Part shown: positions 18,462 through 28,660 of the stretch, one piece after another | How the letters are laid out: each line of letters opens with the position of its first letter | Numbering within the stretch: the first letter of the stretch is position 1 | Assembly (NCBI GenBank): GCA_019058295.1 | Contig: JAHPZI010000019.1 | Span: 31,403-95,402 of the forward strand | Origin: Promethearchaeota archaeon | GTDB lineage: Archaea > Asgardarchaeota > Lokiarchaeia > Sigyniarchaeales > SOKP01 | Reading direction: 5' to 3' | DNA: 64,000 nt | Translations under genes and position numbers: made by a program | The notes under the pieces: model-generated | The model's input: only the letters and a program-made list of their open reading frames with translations | The model's database searches: none | Told to the model about the DNA's origin: nothing

Positions 18462-21023
18462 CTATAAGATTAATTGTTTAATTGGATAAATATCTGCCAT
18501 AAGATAAGCGATAAATTGTTTATTTTTAAGTTTCTTAGATTTCGGGATTGAGAGTATAATACGTTTTTTACCCTCCCCAATTGTTTCTTTTTTTAATGCA
18601 GTTGTATAATTAATAGGAATTGGCAATCCTTTTGATTTCTCCACGATGAGAATGCTTATCGGTATTTCCCACTCATCAAATTTATTAGGGATATTAATTT
18701 CAGCTATAATTTGATTTTTTATAGGGTCTTTCTCAAATTTAACGATATGAACTTTCTCCTTTATGGATTCTTTTTCATTCTTAATTGGTTCTAATCTATA
18801 GGTTCCAACACCAGTTAATTTATTATTCTGGTTTAAAATGCCCCAAGACTGCCAGGTTCCTCTGAAAAGCTGTCTTAGAAGCGCTGGAAAGAAAGTTAAT
18901 CCAGCTTTAAAAAATTGTTTAAGCCCTCCTGATTTTAAATGACTTAATAACATCGATATGCTCACAGGGCTATTTTTCCCTAAATCTCTCATAAGATTGA
19001 ATAAATTTCCATGCCAATCCTTTTCTATTAATAAATTACTACCCCTTGCAACAGTACCATCTTTCCGTAAAAATCCAGAGATACGAAAAATATCCAGAGG
19101 AATTGTAAAGGATGTTATCTCAAATTCACAATTTCGGCAATCCATCTGAAAATAATCATCCTTAACTTTCCCTGAAAATGCATAAAGGCTTATTCGCTTT
19201 TGAGGGACACCCACTTCACCAAATTTCTGAACCGCAAACGCAGAAAATGTCTTATTTTCATAATCAGAGGTTACTACAGAGAAGGGTATTGTTAAGCTAG
19301 CAAGTCCAATTTGATCGAGACTTGGTACAATGCTCGGTTGCGGCACTGCCATATGAACAATCTTAAAAGTCTTATTTTCAGATGATAATATTGAAGCCAT
19401 CTGAGGTGGATTACGAGTTTTAAATCTTAATTTGCTACTAATAGATTTTGTCTGGGAAAGTGGATCTACAAATTTACCTTTAATATTAAGTATATATTCT
19501 GTGTTTGTCTCCAAGATTCTTTTTGATATTATGTTCATTGTAACTAAATCACTCTGGATTTCAATTCTGTGCTTAAAATTAGGTTGAGCTTCAATCTTTA
19601 TTGATTTTGATATTAAATTTACTGGAACAAGCCCCATCTTCTCATGTAAGATTAGTCTTAAAGTAATAATGTTGGTAGGATCAATATCTTGAACTCCATC
19701 TTTTAATGGTGTTTTTTGTAAGCTACCTCCAGGAGTAACATAATGCCAAAAAGTTCCCACTTCTTCAGTCTGTTTTTCAGTACTAACTTCAAAACCAGCA
19801 GCACCTTCTTTTTGGTATGTATCATAAGGAATATACACTACGTCTCCCGTAGAACATGCAACACATAGGCCATAATGACCTAAGGCAACAGAAGCATTAA
19901 TATTAGGATAATCTGTATTACTTGCCAATAATAATGTATCATAAATCCATCTAGGATTCCCATTTGGCTCAAGAGCATAAACTTTACCATCCCCACCTCC
20001 AAAATAAATGAGGTATGGGACTTTTGCTTCAGGATCAGGTCCAATTGATGCAGATGCTCGAATAGGATCTCCAATATAATATGTCCATTTTATTTTACCA
20101 GTTTTGCCATTTAACGCATAAAAAATACCATTTGTGGAACCAAAATATACAGTATTATCTAAAGCAATTGCGGCTGAAGCATACACATGACTGCCAGTTT
20201 TATATTCCCATATTTTCGCTCCATTTTGACAATTTAGGGCATAAATACTACCATTAAATGAGGTCTGATATAGTATCCCTGTTTCACTAATAGCTGGGGA
20301 ACCGACAAGTGCTCCATGTAAATCTTTCTTCCACTTTATTTTTCCTGAATTCATTTCGAGAGCATATAAAATATGATCAAATCCCGCTGAATAAACCGTT
20401 CCATCTTTCCAAAATGAAGGTGCACTCCATACCATGAAACCCGTGCGATACCCCCATATGATTTTTCCATCTGTAGTCATTTTATATAGAAAAAAATCGT
20501 CGTTTGCTACATATATTGCCCCATCCCCTGGTCCAAGGACGATATTTGCTTCAAACCAAAAGTTGGAGCTAAATGTAAATTGTTCTTTCCTTCTATTAAC
20601 TAAATTATCATAAGTCCATTTTTCTTTTCCTTCTGGCGTAAAAGCGTGAATCTTTGAGCACCCCGTAGCAATATAAACAGTATTATCTTTATCTATACAA
20701 CCAGCGCAATCGATTATTTCTCCCGCATCATATTTCCATAATTCACGCCCTTTATGAGGATCAAATGCATAAAAATAGTGATCTGCACTTCCTACATAAA
20801 TTCTCTCTTTCGCATCAATAATTGGAGTGGAAAAAATAGCATTTCCAGTATGAAAATGAATCACTTCTGAAGCTATATCAGACTTCCCCTTCCATTTTAA
20901 ATCAGCCAACCTTCCAGAATTTTTCATATCTCCTCTCATGGTTGGCCAAGGAGCATTAACCTGATAGGGATTTTTAAAACTACTATATTTGTATTCTCGA
21001 ATGTTTTTATTAATAAATGTCAT
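18462..21023 (-). CDS. PQQ-like beta-propeller repeat protein with Ig-like and unknown C-terminal domains
   Basis: WPTMRGD followed by repeated SP....VY.GS.D..YA...G...W blades. No N-terminal signal peptide seen. Confidence 0.8.
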   Translation of the reverse strand: MTFINKNIREYKYSSFKNPYQVNAPWPTMRGDMKNSGRLADLKWKGKSDIASEVIHFHTGNAIFSTPIIDAKERIYVGSADHYFYAFDPHKGRELWKYDAGEIIDCAGCIDKDNTVYIATGCSKIHAFTPEGKEKWTYDNLVNRRKEQFTFSSNFWFEANIVLGPGDGAIYVANDDFFLYKMTTDGKIIWGYRTGFMVWSAPSFWKDGTVYSAGFDHILYALEMNSGKIKWKKDLHGALVGSPAISETGILYQTSFNGSIYALNCQNGAKIWEYKTGSHVYASAAIALDNTVYFGSTNGIFYALNGKTGKIKWTYYIGDPIRASASIGPDPEAKVPYLIYFGGGDGKVYALEPNGNPRWIYDTLLLASNTDYPNINASVALGHYGLCVACSTGDVVYIPYDTYQKEGAAGFEVSTEKQTEEVGTFWHYVTPGGSLQKTPLKDGVQDIDPTNIITLRLILHEKMGLVPVNLISKSIKIEAQPNFKHRIEIQSDLVTMNIISKRILETNTEYILNIKGKFVDPLSQTKSISSKLRFKTRNPPQMASILSSENKTFKIVHMAVPQPSIVPSLDQIGLASLTIPFSVVTSDYENKTFSAFAVQKFGEVGVPQKRISLYAFSGKVKDDYFQMDCRNCEFEITSFTIPLDIFRISGFLRKDGTVARGSNLLIEKDWHGNLFNLMRDLGKNSPVSISMLLSHLKSGGLKQFFKAGLTFFPALLRQLFRGTWQSWGILNQNNKLTGVGTYRLEPIKNEKESIKEKVHIVKFEKDPIKNQIIAEINIPNKFDEWEIPISILIVEKSKGLPIPINYTTALKKETIGEGKKRIILSIPKSKKLKNKQFIAYLMADIYPIKQLIL

Positions 21024-21130
21024 TTAATGATCTTATTACTTTTATATTCTCATAGTTAAATTATTTTATTAAATTATTAAATTATTATCTTTGTAAATAT
21101 TTATTAGAATATTTTATTCGTACCATATTC

Positions 21131-22036
21131 ATGCTTCCATTTATAGAACAAGTTTCAGACGAATTAAAAGAGTTTCTCTTCATCAGAGGAAAGGAAGAAT
21201 CCGCTTATTATACATGCAACGCTCTTCTAATTAATGATATTCTTATAGATACAGGAGTCTCTACTACATATTTAAATAAACTTTTAGAAAATTATCAGAT
21301 TAAAAGAGTAATTCTTACTCATTGGCACGAAGATCACATATCAGGAAGCAATTTATTACAAAACTGTAGCTTTATGTGCCATAGCAATGATAAATCCCCT
21401 ATTGAAGATAATAAAGTAATGTATAAACTATATGGCTATTCTCATCAGAATCCGCCAAACGAATTGATAAGATACTTAGAAAAGTATAATCTGAAAAATA
21501 TTGTAATATCTCAAACTATCACAGACGGAGATATTATAACTGTTAATGATAACTATAATCTACGAGTGATTCACACACCAGGTCATACTTCTGGACATTG
21601 CTGTTTTTACGAAAAAGATTCAAAGTTTGCCTTTTTAAGTGATATAAACATGCCGGGAGTTGGTCCATGGTACGGAGGCATTGACAGTAGTCTTTTAGAT
21701 TATGAAGAATCATTAAAAAAAATAAAAAACCTCGATATAAGAATTGCGGTTTTTAGTCATTATGGATTGATTACAGATGCAAATGAAATAAGCGATATTT
21801 TAATTGATGCTCTAACAATTATTCAAGGAAGAGATGAGGTTTTATTAAGCCTTTTATCTGAAAAGAAAGCCTTTACAGCTAAAGAATTATCTAATAAACA
21901 ACTTATGGTAAAAAACATTGAAGTGTATGAAGAAGCCCTACCTTTATCTGAGGAAATAATGATTGAAAAGCATTTTGAGAAATTTCTTAAACAACAATTA
22001 ATTGAACGCAAAGATGATGGTTATATTTTAAGTTAA
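21131..22036 (+). CDS. Metallo-beta-lactamase fold hydrolase with C-terminal wHTH
   Basis: IDTG, THWHEDH, HTPGHTSGH, SD and SHYG motifs. Confidence 0.9.
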   Translation: MLPFIEQVSDELKEFLFIRGKEESAYYTCNALLINDILIDTGVSTTYLNKLLENYQIKRVILTHWHEDHISGSNLLQNCSFMCHSNDKSPIEDNKVMYKLYGYSHQNPPNELIRYLEKYNLKNIVISQTITDGDIITVNDNYNLRVIHTPGHTSGHCCFYEKDSKFAFLSDINMPGVGPWYGGIDSSLLDYEESLKKIKNLDIRIAVFSHYGLITDANEISDILIDALTIIQGRDEVLLSLLSEKKAFTAKELSNKQLMVKNIEVYEEALPLSEEIMIEKHFEKFLKQQLIERKDDGYILS

Positions 22037-22070
22037 AAATTTTTAAATTAAATAAACGGTATCCATAAAT

Positions 22071-23531
22071 ATGAAGCTCAATCGTATAGAAGTCTTGAGT
22101 GAAGATGAAATTCAAACTATCCACGATGCCACTATGGATTTAATGTCATCAACAGGAGTTAGAATTGAATCTGAGAAAGCAAGAGCTCTTTTAAAGGAAA
22201 ATGGAGCTGAGATTGAGGAATCTTCACACTTTGTTAAATTTTCAGAATCACTTATAGATGAATTTATTAAAAAAGCGCCAGAATGCTTCTCAGTTTATGG
22301 TCCAGATGGAAATTTCAAGATTGACATCAGCACCAACTCAACTGTCTTTGCAACCGTAGGATCTCCAACTAAAATATATAATGAAAAGGATCCCGATCAT
22401 TCGCGAGATGCGCTAATGGACGATACAATTAAACATTTTAAATTGGTTGATCAGCTACGATATATTAATAGCTCTCATCTTGATGTTTGGCCAACTGATG
22501 TGCCTTATATTTCTCTTCATTGCCATGTTCTCAGAGAATGGGCTAGAAATAGTAGAAAACCTTTTGGGAATGGATGTAGAGGGGAATTAATGTGTCAAGA
22601 TATGATGAATTTAATTTCTATTATTGTTGGAAGCGATAAAGAGCTAATTGAGAAACCAAGAATTATTGCATTCTTTAATCCAATTAGTCCCCTTCTCTTA
22701 CCTGAGATTTTATTAGACGGACTTTTTGTTTTTGCCAAATATTTACAACCTGTAATAGTTGCTCCAGCAGCCATAGGAGGACTTACAGCACCCATTACGA
22801 TTGGAGGATTATTGACACAAACTAATGCTGAGGTACTTGCAACTATCGTTTTGGCTGAAATGATCAATCCCGGAGTTCCAGTTTTTTATGGGGCTGTAAA
22901 TAGTCCAATGGATCCCCTTACAGGAATTCCCGCATGGGGGGCTATTGAAATGGGGCTAATGACTACAGGTGCTGCACAGCTAGCGCGATTTTATAATATT
23001 CCTTCGAGAGCTTCTGGTAGTATGACTAATTCAATTCAATTTGATTTACAGTGTGGTGCTGAAAGAATGGCATCCCTATTAAATACCACTTATGCCGGAA
23101 TAAATTATATAACCTGTGCGGGACTCTATGAGTATGGGCTTACGGAAAGTCTCGAATTATTAGTTATTGATGATGAATTGGCAGGAATCGTAAGTAGAGC
23201 TCAGGAAGGAGTCAATATCAATGAAAACACTATTGCTCTCAATGAAATAAAATCTGTTGTTGATGAAGGTATTGGATTTATGCGAATAAAACATACTTCA
23301 AAAAATATAAGAAAAGAATTATTTGTTCCAGAATTAGCCAAAAGACTTTCCAGAAGTACATGGCTTAAAGAAGGAAAACCAGACCTTATTTCAAGATCGC
23401 GAATAAAAATTCAAGCACTTTTAGAGAAACATGAAGGCCCATATACAGCACCTAATATTGAAGAGCAATTAGAATCCTATCTCAAAGAAGTAGAAACCCG
23501 TAATATTGATGAATATAAGATCTCTCATTAA
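22071..23531 (+). CDS. mttB: MttB-superfamily (pyrrolysine-free) methylamine/quaternary amine:corrinoid methyltransferase
   Basis: LS.DEI..IH, NPISPL, TAPIT..G.L...NAE.L, PG.P..YG and LVIDDE motifs; no in-frame TAG. Confidence 0.9.
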   Translation: MKLNRIEVLSEDEIQTIHDATMDLMSSTGVRIESEKARALLKENGAEIEESSHFVKFSESLIDEFIKKAPECFSVYGPDGNFKIDISTNSTVFATVGSPTKIYNEKDPDHSRDALMDDTIKHFKLVDQLRYINSSHLDVWPTDVPYISLHCHVLREWARNSRKPFGNGCRGELMCQDMMNLISIIVGSDKELIEKPRIIAFFNPISPLLLPEILLDGLFVFAKYLQPVIVAPAAIGGLTAPITIGGLLTQTNAEVLATIVLAEMINPGVPVFYGAVNSPMDPLTGIPAWGAIEMGLMTTGAAQLARFYNIPSRASGSMTNSIQFDLQCGAERMASLLNTTYAGINYITCAGLYEYGLTESLELLVIDDELAGIVSRAQEGVNINENTIALNEIKSVVDEGIGFMRIKHTSKNIRKELFVPELAKRLSRSTWLKEGKPDLISRSRIKIQALLEKHEGPYTAPNIEEQLESYLKEVETRNIDEYKISH

Positions 23532-23554
23532 TAAAATACTAAGGTTAAATTATT

Positions 23555-24208
23555 ATGTCTCATGAAGAATTTTTTGAAGAAATTAGTAAAGCAATTATAG
23601 ATCTAGAAGAAGAAAAAGCCATGGAGCTTGCCAAAAAAGCTATTGATAATAAGATGAATGTTCTCGAAGTTATCGAGAAAGGATTTGGAATTGCCATACG
23701 TCGACTGGGTGAATTATGGGATGCAGGAGAGTATTTCTTACCCGAATTAATGATGGGGGGGCTAATTGTTAAAAAGTCTATAGATCTACTATTACCTCAT
23801 CTTGATAAAGAAAAAGATAAGTTTCAATTAGGAAAAGCAGTAGTAGCTACAATTGAAGGGGATGTTCATTCGATCGGAAAAACAATTGTAGCAACAATGT
23901 TAAGCGCCTTTGGTTTTCAAGTCTATGATTTAGGAGAGGACGTCCCTCCAGATAAGATAATTGAAGAAGCATTGGAAAAAGAAGTGGATATCATTGGAGT
24001 ATCTTCGTTATTAACAACCACAATGATGGGGCAGAAAAAGCTTATTGAACTTTTAAAGGAGAGAGGAATTCGAGATAAATTCAAAGTTATTCTTGGAGGC
24101 GCTCCCATTACAAAGAATTGGGCTGATGAATGTGGTGCAGATGGCTATGCTCCAACTGCTATGGAAGCAGTTGATTTAGCAAAATCATTGATCGGAAAAG
24201 GTGAATAA
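23555..24208 (+). CDS. Cognate corrinoid protein (MttC/MtbC-like)
   Basis: B12 cap YFLPEL, GDVHSIGK (DxHxxG), S.L.TTT, GGAP and GADGY. Confidence 0.93.
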   Translation: MSHEEFFEEISKAIIDLEEEKAMELAKKAIDNKMNVLEVIEKGFGIAIRRLGELWDAGEYFLPELMMGGLIVKKSIDLLLPHLDKEKDKFQLGKAVVATIEGDVHSIGKTIVATMLSAFGFQVYDLGEDVPPDKIIEEALEKEVDIIGVSSLLTTTMMGQKKLIELLKERGIRDKFKVILGGAPITKNWADECGADGYAPTAMEAVDLAKSLIGKGE

Positions 24209-24211
24209 TTG

Positions 24212-25666
24212 ATGGAAAATGAGTGTAAACCCTCTTATAGATTAATCTCTGATGATCAAATTCAGAGAATTCATAAAGCGACGCTAGAAATATTAGAAAA
24301 CATTGGAGTAAAGATATCCAATGATGAAGGACTAGAACTTTTTAGAGTTTATGGATGTAAAATTGAAAATGAAAATATAGTAAAAATACCTGCTTCATTA
24401 GTCGAGGATTCCATTGAGAAAGTACCCAAGAGTATTGATATCTTTAGTAGGAATGGAGATCTAGCTATGACTCTTGAGAATCGGAATAGTTACTATGGAT
24501 TGGGGACGGACCTTGTCTACACATATGATTTAGAAACAGGAAAAACACGAGAGTCGGTTTTACAAGATGTTATAAATGCAACAATTATAGCAGATTATTG
24601 TGAAAACATAGACTTCTTAGCTTCTTACGCTTTACCACATGATGTTCCCACTAATACCATGTATATTGAATGCTTTAAAGCTGAGGTCGAAAATTCTCCC
24701 AAGCCGATCTTCTTTACAGCTGCAGGTAAAGAAGATTTATCCTATATTATCAAGATGGCGGAGACAGTTGTAGGAGATGAAGAGCAATTAAAGGAAAAAC
24801 CTTTCCTTATTCATTATTCTGAACCTTTGGCACCATTAACTCATTCATATGGGGCTATAAATAAATTACTTCTCTGTGCAGAAAAACAAATTCCGATATG
24901 TTATATTCCAACTGTACTATTAGGAGCAAGTGGACCTGTTACATTAGTAGGTGGGATTACACAAGCAAACGCAGAAGCACTCAGTGGTATTGTATTACAT
25001 CAGTTGAAATCTAAAGGTGCTCCAATCATATCAGGTTGGGGTGTTGTTCCACTGGATATGAAAGCCACAACTTATTGTTATGGTTCACCCGAATTGCGTT
25101 TGACAAATACAGCTTTTGCTGATATCTACCATTATTACAAGATACCAATTTGGTCGATTGTAGGAACTGATGCTCATGTTCTTGACCAGCAAGCAGCTAT
25201 GGAACATGCATTTGGGACTTTATTAGCTGCCTTGGACGGTGCCAATTTAATTCATGATATTGGTTACTTAGGTCAAGGCTTATTAGGAAATCCAGCAGCA
25301 ATAGTTATGTGTGACGAAATCATCAGTTATGTTAAAAGAATTATGAGAGGGTTTGAAATTAATGAAGAAACACTTGGTTTAGACATAATTAAAAAAGTAG
25401 GTCCGGGAGGAAACTTTTTGGCAGAACCACACACATTAAAACACTTTAGAAAAGAATTATGGATGCCAAAATATGCAAATCGTGAAAATCCTGATTCATG
25501 GAAAGATAAAGGGAGTATAATATATGAAGAAAAAGTTATCAAAAAAGCAAAAGAGATCCTACAACAACATAAACCATTACCTTTATCAAAAGATATTATT
25601 AATAAATTGCGTGATTTAGCACAAGAGGCTGAAAATAAGCTATTGAATTTTAAATTTTCTGCTTGA
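24212..25666 (+). CDS. mttB: Second MttB-superfamily (pyrrolysine-free) methyltransferase
   Basis: EPLAPL, SGPVTL.G...ANAEALSG, YGSPE, DQQAAME, GANLIHD.G and VGPGGNFL motifs; no in-frame TAG. Confidence 0.9.
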   Translation: MENECKPSYRLISDDQIQRIHKATLEILENIGVKISNDEGLELFRVYGCKIENENIVKIPASLVEDSIEKVPKSIDIFSRNGDLAMTLENRNSYYGLGTDLVYTYDLETGKTRESVLQDVINATIIADYCENIDFLASYALPHDVPTNTMYIECFKAEVENSPKPIFFTAAGKEDLSYIIKMAETVVGDEEQLKEKPFLIHYSEPLAPLTHSYGAINKLLLCAEKQIPICYIPTVLLGASGPVTLVGGITQANAEALSGIVLHQLKSKGAPIISGWGVVPLDMKATTYCYGSPELRLTNTAFADIYHYYKIPIWSIVGTDAHVLDQQAAMEHAFGTLLAALDGANLIHDIGYLGQGLLGNPAAIVMCDEIISYVKRIMRGFEINEETLGLDIIKKVGPGGNFLAEPHTLKHFRKELWMPKYANRENPDSWKDKGSIIYEEKVIKKAKEILQQHKPLPLSKDIINKLRDLAQEAENKLLNFKFSA

Positions 25667-25670
25667 AATA

Positions 25671-26120
25671 TTAAATTATATCTCTGAAAAAATCTGTTAT
25701 TCTAATTAACTTATTCTCCTTTAAGTCCATAATTAAACGAACTATTACTCCCTTAACCAATAAAGTATCTTTTGATTTTGTGTTTTTGTAACAATCCATC
25801 GCAAGTGTCATAGATGTATTTCCAACATTAATCACGCGTGTATGAATTAAAATATTATCCCCAAATGTAGCAGAATTAATATATTCTACTTCTATTTTTC
25901 TTACAGGAAATACGATTCCCTGTTTATAGAGAGCTCCACAATCTTTTCCCATCTTTGAGGTAAAACTTATAAATCCATCGTCAAAATAGTTTAGATATTT
26001 ATTTGCATGGACAATGCTCATTAAATCAGTATCATCAACTCGAACCGATAACTCGTGAAAATCTTCGATACCCATTAATTTTTCAATTATTAATTTTTCA
26101 TTCTCTTCCTTGGATGTCAT
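25671..26120 (-). CDS. Acyl-CoA thioesterase, hotdog fold (YbgC/4HBT family)
   Basis: VRVDDTDLMSIVHANKYL.YFD motif; ATG 26120 preferred. Confidence 0.85.
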   Translation of the reverse strand: MTSKEENEKLIIEKLMGIEDFHELSVRVDDTDLMSIVHANKYLNYFDDGFISFTSKMGKDCGALYKQGIVFPVRKIEVEYINSATFGDNILIHTRVINVGNTSMTLAMDCYKNTKSKDTLLVKGVIVRLIMDLKENKLIRITDFFRDII

Positions 26121-26142
26121 GATATCTTCATAAATTATATAA

Positions 26143-26865
26143 TTAACATTCCTTTTTTTTGAAACCACATTTAGGACAGATTAATTTCCTAAGACCCACT
26201 TTATATCCATTTAAATCCATCATATAAGTATTACACACTGGACAGCGTGGTTGATAACTGGGGTACCATTCTCCCTTGATATTGGGCATATTTTCTAATT
26301 TATTCATAAATTTAAATTTTCCCATATTTTCTTTATAATACTGGATTGTTTGCTGCTCTTGAGCTAAGGATTTTCCCTTATGAATTAGAATCATTAAAAA
26401 TTTAATTTTTGAAGGTTTATTTAAGAGAGAAAAAATACGGTGAATAACTTCTTCCTTATATTCAGAAAATAATTTTCCCAGTTCTGGGGGTGCTAGTGCA
26501 ACTAAAATTGATTGAAAATTATCCTTTTTCTTCATATTTTGAAATAAAAATTGATACATACGGGATTGCTCGTCTAATGACCAAATAAAGTTAAAACTTG
26601 AAATATCGTAATCTTCATTATTTGGTCCAACAATCCTTCTAATAGATGGAGTAATTGTATAGTGAAAGTTATCATTAATTTTTGATTTTAAATCGTCGAA
26701 AAAATCTTTTTCTATTACCGGGAAACTTTTAAGAATACTTTTTAATGATAATAATCTAACTTGAGACAACTCGTTTGTTTTAAGGCCATCCCAAGGGGTA
26801 TATGTATATAGTGTAAAAAATTGACTCATTAATGTGATTAATGTTTTTAATAAAAATAAATCCAT
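26143..26865 (-). CDS. Hypothetical protein with C-terminal zinc ribbon
   Basis: 240-aa ORF ending in CPVC-x16-CPKCG. Confidence 0.7.
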   Translation of the reverse strand: MDLFLLKTLITLMSQFFTLYTYTPWDGLKTNELSQVRLLSLKSILKSFPVIEKDFFDDLKSKINDNFHYTITPSIRRIVGPNNEDYDISSFNFIWSLDEQSRMYQFLFQNMKKKDNFQSILVALAPPELGKLFSEYKEEVIHRIFSLLNKPSKIKFLMILIHKGKSLAQEQQTIQYYKENMGKFKFMNKLENMPNIKGEWYPSYQPRCPVCNTYMMDLNGYKVGLRKLICPKCGFKKKEC

Positions 26866-26937
26866 TGTATATCTTCGAAAATAAAGCTAATTTTAAAGAA
26901 TAAATAATTTATTATTGGATTCTATTTTTAATACATC

Positions 26938-27564
26938 ATGGTTACATCAAATACAAAGCAAGCATTAGCAATTCTTAGAGATTTTTCTAATTTTCAATGG
27001 TATATTATTGCAATTTTCCTAATTGTCTTCTATATTTATGCTACAGAATATAAAAAGCAGAATTGGGATGGAATCGCTGCTGGGTTAACTTATTTGATGT
27101 TAAATACATTTGCTGAAATTATTAATTCTATATTCTTTGTCGTAACACAGCATGCTCCTCTCTGGGCGGCACCTGGTGGAACAGCATATTTGTTCCTCAT
27201 CGGGCTAAATATTGAGTTACTATTTATGTTTTGTCTAATTGGACTTGCGACATCGAAGTTTCTTCCCGAGGATAAAGAGAAAAAATATTTCGGTGTAAAT
27301 AATCGAATCCTTATGGCGGGAATCTTTGCAGTAGTAAGTTTGATTTTTGAAATTTGTCTAAATTTTATTGGAGCTTTAACATGGGACTATTGGTGGTGGA
27401 GTGCGAGTTGTCCATTAGTCATCTTTGGTTATTTTAGCTTTTTTCTAATAGCATTCTGGGTATATGATATTGAAGATATAAATAAAAAAAGGAAAGTTGT
27501 ATTGTTCCTTGCTATGATTACTCTAATACCTTTATTTCTACTTATTGGATTAGGAATTATCTAA
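26938..27564 (+). CDS. Integral membrane protein of unknown function (6-7 TM)
   Basis: Multiple hydrophobic helices with intramembrane Glu/Asn and a Trp-rich WDYWWW segment. Confidence 0.8.
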   Translation: MVTSNTKQALAILRDFSNFQWYIIAIFLIVFYIYATEYKKQNWDGIAAGLTYLMLNTFAEIINSIFFVVTQHAPLWAAPGGTAYLFLIGLNIELLFMFCLIGLATSKFLPEDKEKKYFGVNNRILMAGIFAVVSLIFEICLNFIGALTWDYWWWSASCPLVIFGYFSFFLIAFWVYDIEDINKKRKVVLFLAMITLIPLFLLIGLGII

Positions 27565-27580
27565 AGTATGGTTTTTTCTC

Positions 27581-28075
27581 ATGTTTGATAATAGTGTAAG
27601 TGACGATACTAAAAAATTTTCAATGGACAATATTAATTTAAGGTATCAAACAATAGTTTCTGCTCCTATAGAGGAAGTATGGGAATGGATTACATCCTTA
27701 GAGGGAATACAAAAAGAAATGAAGCCCTATTTCAAAATGACTGCTCCTAAAGGTATTAAAAATATTAATGATATCAAAATTGAGTTAGGGAAACCTTTAT
27801 TTCGTAGTCATATTTATTTATTTTGTTTTCTACCAATTGGCCATGATGACATGACACTGATTAAATATACAGAAGGTAAAGGCTTTATAGAACAATCCCC
27901 TATGAGTTCAATGGAACTATGGCGACATGAGAGAGGCTTAGAAAAAGTTGAGCTAGGCACAATGATTACCGATCAATTAACATTCAAACCTCGACATGCT
28001 CCAAAGCTTATGAATAAGTTCTTACAGCGTGTATTTCGTCATCGTCATAAAGTTCTTAAACAAAGATTTGGTTAA
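27581..28075 (+). CDS. SRPBCC/START-like domain protein
   Basis: SAPIEEVWEW, F.E......WRHER, TD.L.F.P and F.HRH motifs. Confidence 0.8.
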   Translation: MFDNSVSDDTKKFSMDNINLRYQTIVSAPIEEVWEWITSLEGIQKEMKPYFKMTAPKGIKNINDIKIELGKPLFRSHIYLFCFLPIGHDDMTLIKYTEGKGFIEQSPMSSMELWRHERGLEKVELGTMITDQLTFKPRHAPKLMNKFLQRVFRHRHKVLKQRFG

Positions 28076-28242
28076 AAAGATGCATTGGACAGCTATGCTG
28101 AAGAAGAGAAACATTTTGGATAAATATATAATTTATCTTTAAGTTTTTTTGTAAGGTGCGTTAGACTTAAATATTTTTTTAATATAGTTCTATTATAATT
28201 AAAATTAAAAATAAAATTAATAGAAAGAAAAGAGGAGAAAAA

Positions 28243-28542
28243 TTGGCAAAATTTATTCAGGACCCTAATATAAGCCTTGATCGCAATTTTAGGAAGGATT
28301 ATGTTCTGGTACAAGGAATTGCTCCTATAAAATTTAAGGAAGATGAATTAGGATCCAAATGGGAATTTAGAGTTGACATTATGGATGATAACGTGCTCAT
28401 AGCATCAGTAACGAAAGTTTTTAAACCTAAGAAACTAGAAGTGAACGAAAAATTTAAAGAGAAAGTAGATGGAGCAAAATTTAAGAAAAGATTTATGGAC
28501 ATGAATCTTGAGTACAAGTATTTTATTAATCATCTTGATTAG
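28243..28542 (+). CDS. Hypothetical protein (possibly truncated or frameshifted)
   Basis: TTG start preceded by GAGGAG; no family recognised. Confidence 0.5.
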   Translation: MAKFIQDPNISLDRNFRKDYVLVQGIAPIKFKEDELGSKWEFRVDIMDDNVLIASVTKVFKPKKLEVNEKFKEKVDGAKFKKRFMDMNLEYKYFINHLD

Positions 28543-28660
28543 CGGGGCGGCAAATATAAAGGCAAATATAGAAGATCCTGAGTTCTGGGAAAGATAAGCT
28601 ATAATTCGGGAAAGATTTAGGAATAAAATACTAAAAGAGAGAAAATATGGAATCAAAAAA

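Noticed and set aside
22071-25666. Pyrrolysine-containing trimethylamine methyltransferases
   Set aside because: Both mttB ORFs are full length with no in-frame TAG.
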